7,153 bases of DNA, from IMG/VR virus record IMGVR_UViG_3300002920_000097, positions 1-7,153 of that record; one strand, written 5' to 3'. The stretch comes from a virus. The notes under the pieces are model-generated. The model ran no database searches and was not told the DNA's origin. It saw only the letters and a list, made by a program, of their open reading frames with translations. How positions within the stretch are numbered: the stretch's first letter is position 1; each line of letters opens with the position of its first letter. Both the position numbers and the translations under genes were made by a program. Positions 5,483 through 7,153 of the stretch are shown one piece after another.

Positions 5483-5773
5483 TCACGCCGTGGCCGGTTG
5501 CTTGACCGGAGCGAGAGCCACTGCCGCGAGGATCAGACGGCCATCGCGGACGCGAATGGCGGAGGGGTGCAAATGGTAAAGACCGGGAGGGTAGGGGGCT
5601 TGGTCAGCGTCGAGGATAAACTCGAAGCGCTCGGGGTAACGGGCGGGCTTGCCGTCCGGCCCGACCACGAAAGCATACCCGCTCTGGATGCGAAGGTAAT
5701 ACGCTTTGCCCGTTGCCTTGCTTTGGCCCGAGAGTTCACGGACTTGCGAGGACTCAATTTCGACTTTGATCAT
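5483..5773 (-). CDS. gV: Single-stranded DNA-binding protein, homologue of Ff gene V protein (96 aa from ATG 5773).
   Basis: MIKVEIESSQ...GKAYYLRIQSGY...DADQAPYPPGLYHLHPSAIRV...LAPVK aligns by eye along its whole length with recalled M13/fd gVp (MIKVEIKPSQ...GKPYSLNEQLCY...DEGQPAYAPGLYTVHLSSFKV...LVPAK). GGAG lies 7 nt upstream of the ATG at 5773. The track start at 5797 is non-ATG and I disfavour it. Confidence 0.9.
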   Translation of the reverse strand: MIKVEIESSQVRELSGQSKATGKAYYLRIQSGYAFVVGPDGKPARYPERFEFILDADQAPYPPGLYHLHPSAIRVRDGRLILAAVALAPVKQPATA

Positions 5774-5790
5774 GTTTCGCTCCGGTTGAC

Positions 5791-5831
5791 AACCCACGAC
5801 GGGTTACCCGGAGCATAACCCAAAGAGGGTT
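5791..5831. promoter_or_regulatory. Two 15-bp palindromic operator candidates, AACCC-N5-GGGTT, in the gV/repressor divergent region.
   Basis: They are AACCCacgacGGGTT at 5791-5805 and AACCCaaagaGGGTT at 5817-5831, with centres 26 bp apart. I did not see this motif elsewhere in the window. Confidence 0.6.
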
Positions 5832-5841
5832 TGCCATGCAA
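5812..5841 (-). promoter_or_regulatory. Candidate promoter for the gV-Rep-structural operon.
   Basis: Read on the minus strand: TTGCAT (5836-5841), an 18-nt spacer, TATGCT (5812-5817). The -35 hexamer is the reverse complement of the ATGCAA start of the plus-strand repressor gene. The 5817-5831 palindrome fills the spacer. Confidence 0.5.
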
Positions 5842-6147
5842 GAGGCTGAGCCGCTGGTAATCCTCAGGGAGCTAATCGAACGCGCAGCACGTGAAGTCGG
5901 CACCAAGACCGAGCTAGCGCGGCAAGTAGGGGTAAACCCTCAACGCATCAACGACTGGCAAGCCGGTTACCGGCCGTGTCCGCCCGAGGTTGTGGCCGTC
6001 ATCGCCGACATAGCCGGGATGCCCGGCAAGGAATGGTTAGCGCGTGCAACTCTTTGGTACGCAAGGGAAAAACCGTACTTCGAGAGACTGAGGCAAGCCG
6101 TGGGAAAAGCGTGGACGCGGACCGGCGCGGGCACCGTTACGTCTTGA
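5836..6147 (+). CDS. HTH DNA-binding protein, a repressor/immunity-type regulator (103 aa). It is the only plus-strand gene.
   Basis: AGAGGG lies 8 nt upstream of the ATG. The HTH segment is GTKTELARQVGVNPQRINDWQAG. Its divergent orientation relative to gV resembles the repressors of temperate inoviruses. Confidence 0.75.
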   Translation: MQEAEPLVILRELIERAAREVGTKTELARQVGVNPQRINDWQAGYRPCPPEVVAVIADIAGMPGKEWLARATLWYAREKPYFERLRQAVGKAWTRTGAGTVTS

Positions 6148-6252
6148 CTATGCGCCGCTTTGGCACTGGCCTTTGGTGAACAGGTGAAACTCGCAGCCAA
6201 AGTTCCACAATTTGTATTAGATCAATCGGTAAGTGATTTCCAATTGAAAAAT

Positions 6253-6281
6253 ATCATACCGTCAGCGTAGAATCTTTGCAA
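6253..6281 (-). promoter_or_regulatory. Near-consensus sigma70 promoter in the AT-rich island of the large intergenic region, firing leftward and antisense to the repressor gene.
   Basis: Read on the minus strand: TTGCAA (6276-6281), an exact 17-nt spacer, TATGAT (6253-6258). A plus-strand TTGAAA (6244-6249), 18-nt spacer, TAGAAT (6268-6273) is interleaved with it. Confidence 0.5.
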
Positions 6282-6570
6282 CGTCGGGAACGAGACGAAC
6301 AGACCCGTACACGACCACGCAGTAGAAGACAGTCTGAACAGGGACACGAACGAGCGGAAAACGGGAAGCAGCCTTGAAGGTGAACGGCTGGTGTGGCGCT
6401 TTGTGATGCTGTCGGTAGTAGTCGCGGTAGTACACGCCAACGGTATCCCCCCCGGTTCCCCTACGCGCGTCCACCGGATCGGGACGCGCTACAGCAAGCC
6501 GTCAACAACGCTACCACACGCGGTACGGACCTGCGACGCGCTCCGGGCGCGGACGGCGCCGCGCCGGGGA

Positions 6571-6646
6571 CCGCCTGCAGGGTTGGCGCACGAGAATGCA
6601 GGGTCTAGCAGGACGAGGGCAACTAGATCGCTTCGGCGAACGCGAC
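6571..6646. repeat. 76-bp junction repeat, copy B. It covers the last 7 codons and stop of the KorA-like gene plus 52 nt downstream.
   Basis: 69/76 bases are identical to 214-289 without gaps. The TAG stop is at 6623-6625. Confidence 0.9.
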
Positions 6647-6844
6647 GAGCTCATCAGCTTTCCGGACACGACGGACCGCGTTTGTGACACGCTGCAAACT
6701 GATGCTGTGAAGACGCGCAGCGTCAACCGGACGAAGCCCATCGACGAGCACGAGACGCGCAGCTTGGCGCGCAGGCCCGGCGCGCATGCGTATCAAGCGC
6801 GCGATGCAGTCAAAGCGCGCGTGCGTCATCAGATGTTCGGACAT
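6623..6844 (-). CDS. TrfB/KorA-like HTH transcriptional repressor (73 aa from ATG 6844, or 68 aa from the coupled ATG 6829).
   Basis: ARLVLVDGLRPVDAARLHSISLQRVTNAVRRV matches the recalled RK2 KorA segment ARGVLVDGKPQATFATSLGLTRGAVSQAVHRV. The in-frame ATG at 6829 shares its A with the upstream gene's TGA (TGATG). The C-terminus is VAFAEAI. Confidence 0.7.
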   Translation of the reverse strand: MSEHLMTHARFDCIARLIRMRAGPARQAARLVLVDGLRPVDAARLHSISLQRVTNAVRRVRKADELVAFAEAI

Positions 6845-7119
6845 ACAGACACGCGATGCACAGTGATCGTGTCGTCGAATGACATCTCGTGCGCGATCTC
6901 GTGCAGCTTGTCTTGCACGTCAACATACGCTGATCGCATCGCGAGCACTTCAACGCGCGAGACGCTGCGCACGTCATGCGTGCCACCGCGCTTGATCTTG
7001 TATCCATCGTCAATGAGGGCTCGGATAGCGTCGTCTTTCGTGTCGCGCTCGATGACGATGGGGGGCGCAGCGTATACGCAGTCTCGGCTGGTGATGACCG
7101 GATACACAAGTGCTTTCAT
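6829..7119 (-). CDS. Hypothetical protein (96 aa), first gene of cassette 2.
   Basis: The ATG at 7119 has a strong AAGGAG 7 nt upstream and a TATAAT promoter (seen in the equivalent copy at 44-101). I recognised no family. Confidence 0.7.
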   Translation of the reverse strand: MKALVYPVITSRDCVYAAPPIVIERDTKDDAIRALIDDGYKIKRGGTHDVRSVSRVEVLAMRSAYVDVQDKLHEIAHEMSFDDTITVHRVSVCPNI

Positions 7120-7153
7120 GTTTGCGCTCCTTGCCTGATGCTTGACCCTATTA
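7077..7153. repeat. Terminal direct repeat, right copy, identical to 1-77.
   Basis: See the feature at 1-77. An overlap of exactly 77 nt is what a de Bruijn assembler with k=77 leaves on a circular contig. Confidence 0.95.

Noticed and set aside
5241-5486. The N-terminal 82 residues of the 372-aa Rep ORF in the track.
   Set aside because: It has a GTG start with no SD and a P/R/S/A-rich composition typical of an off-frame read in GC-rich DNA. It fully overlaps a better 73-aa ORF with an ATG, an SD and very high GC3. The Rep motifs all lie after the ATG at 5240.
5786-5819. A perfect TTGACA (5786-5791) as the -35 of the plus-strand repressor promoter.
   Set aside because: The only -10-like hexamer (CATAAC, 5814-5819) is 22 nt away, which is too far. 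A start from it would fall at or after the repressor SD. The true repressor promoter remains unassigned.
6222-6474. Minus-strand ORFs of 72 and 70 aa inside the large intergenic region.
   Set aside because: They have non-ATG (TTG/GTG) starts with no SD and overlap each other and the promoter island. The region is better explained as non-coding origin and regulatory DNA. Coding potential cannot be fully excluded without comparative data.
1-7153. CRISPR arrays, tRNA or rRNA genes, transposase or IS elements, and an integrase.
   Set aside because: None was seen. The only repeats are the terminal overlap, the 76-bp junction pair, the 21-bp iterons and the short motifs described. No ORF has recombinase or transposase motifs.

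Overview
The window is one complete, circularly permuted genome of a GC-rich filamentous ssDNA phage (inovirus-like). Bases 1-77 are identical to 7077-7153, so the unit length is 7,076 bp. All replication and morphogenesis genes lie on the minus strand: an Ff gene-V-like ssDNA-binding protein, a 73-aa ORF, an HUH rolling-circle Rep, a secreted 108-aa protein, two hand-found hydrophobic mini-ORFs of about 35 aa, a major coat protein, a pIII-like adsorption protein, a pVI-like membrane protein and a Zot/pI-family ATPase. One plus-strand HTH repressor-like gene diverges from gV across a compact switch with two AACCC-N5-GGGTT palindromes. Beyond zot lie two parallel cassettes, each a small protein translationally coupled to an HTH regulator (one Xre-like, one TrfB/KorA-like). 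Each cassette ends in the same 76-bp junction sequence, so a 719-bp module is bracketed by direct repeats. That module has a near-consensus promoter abutted by three exactly phased 21-bp iterons. I found no integrase, secretin, convincing dif-like site, tRNA, rRNA or CRISPR. Other oddities are a Zot homologue with no transmembrane or periplasmic part, a coat protein with a glycine run encoded by a (GCC)6 tract, a low-GC block inside the adsorption gene, and an AT-rich promoter island in the large intergenic region. All homology statements rest on by-eye motif recognition and recalled sequences, and no search was run.
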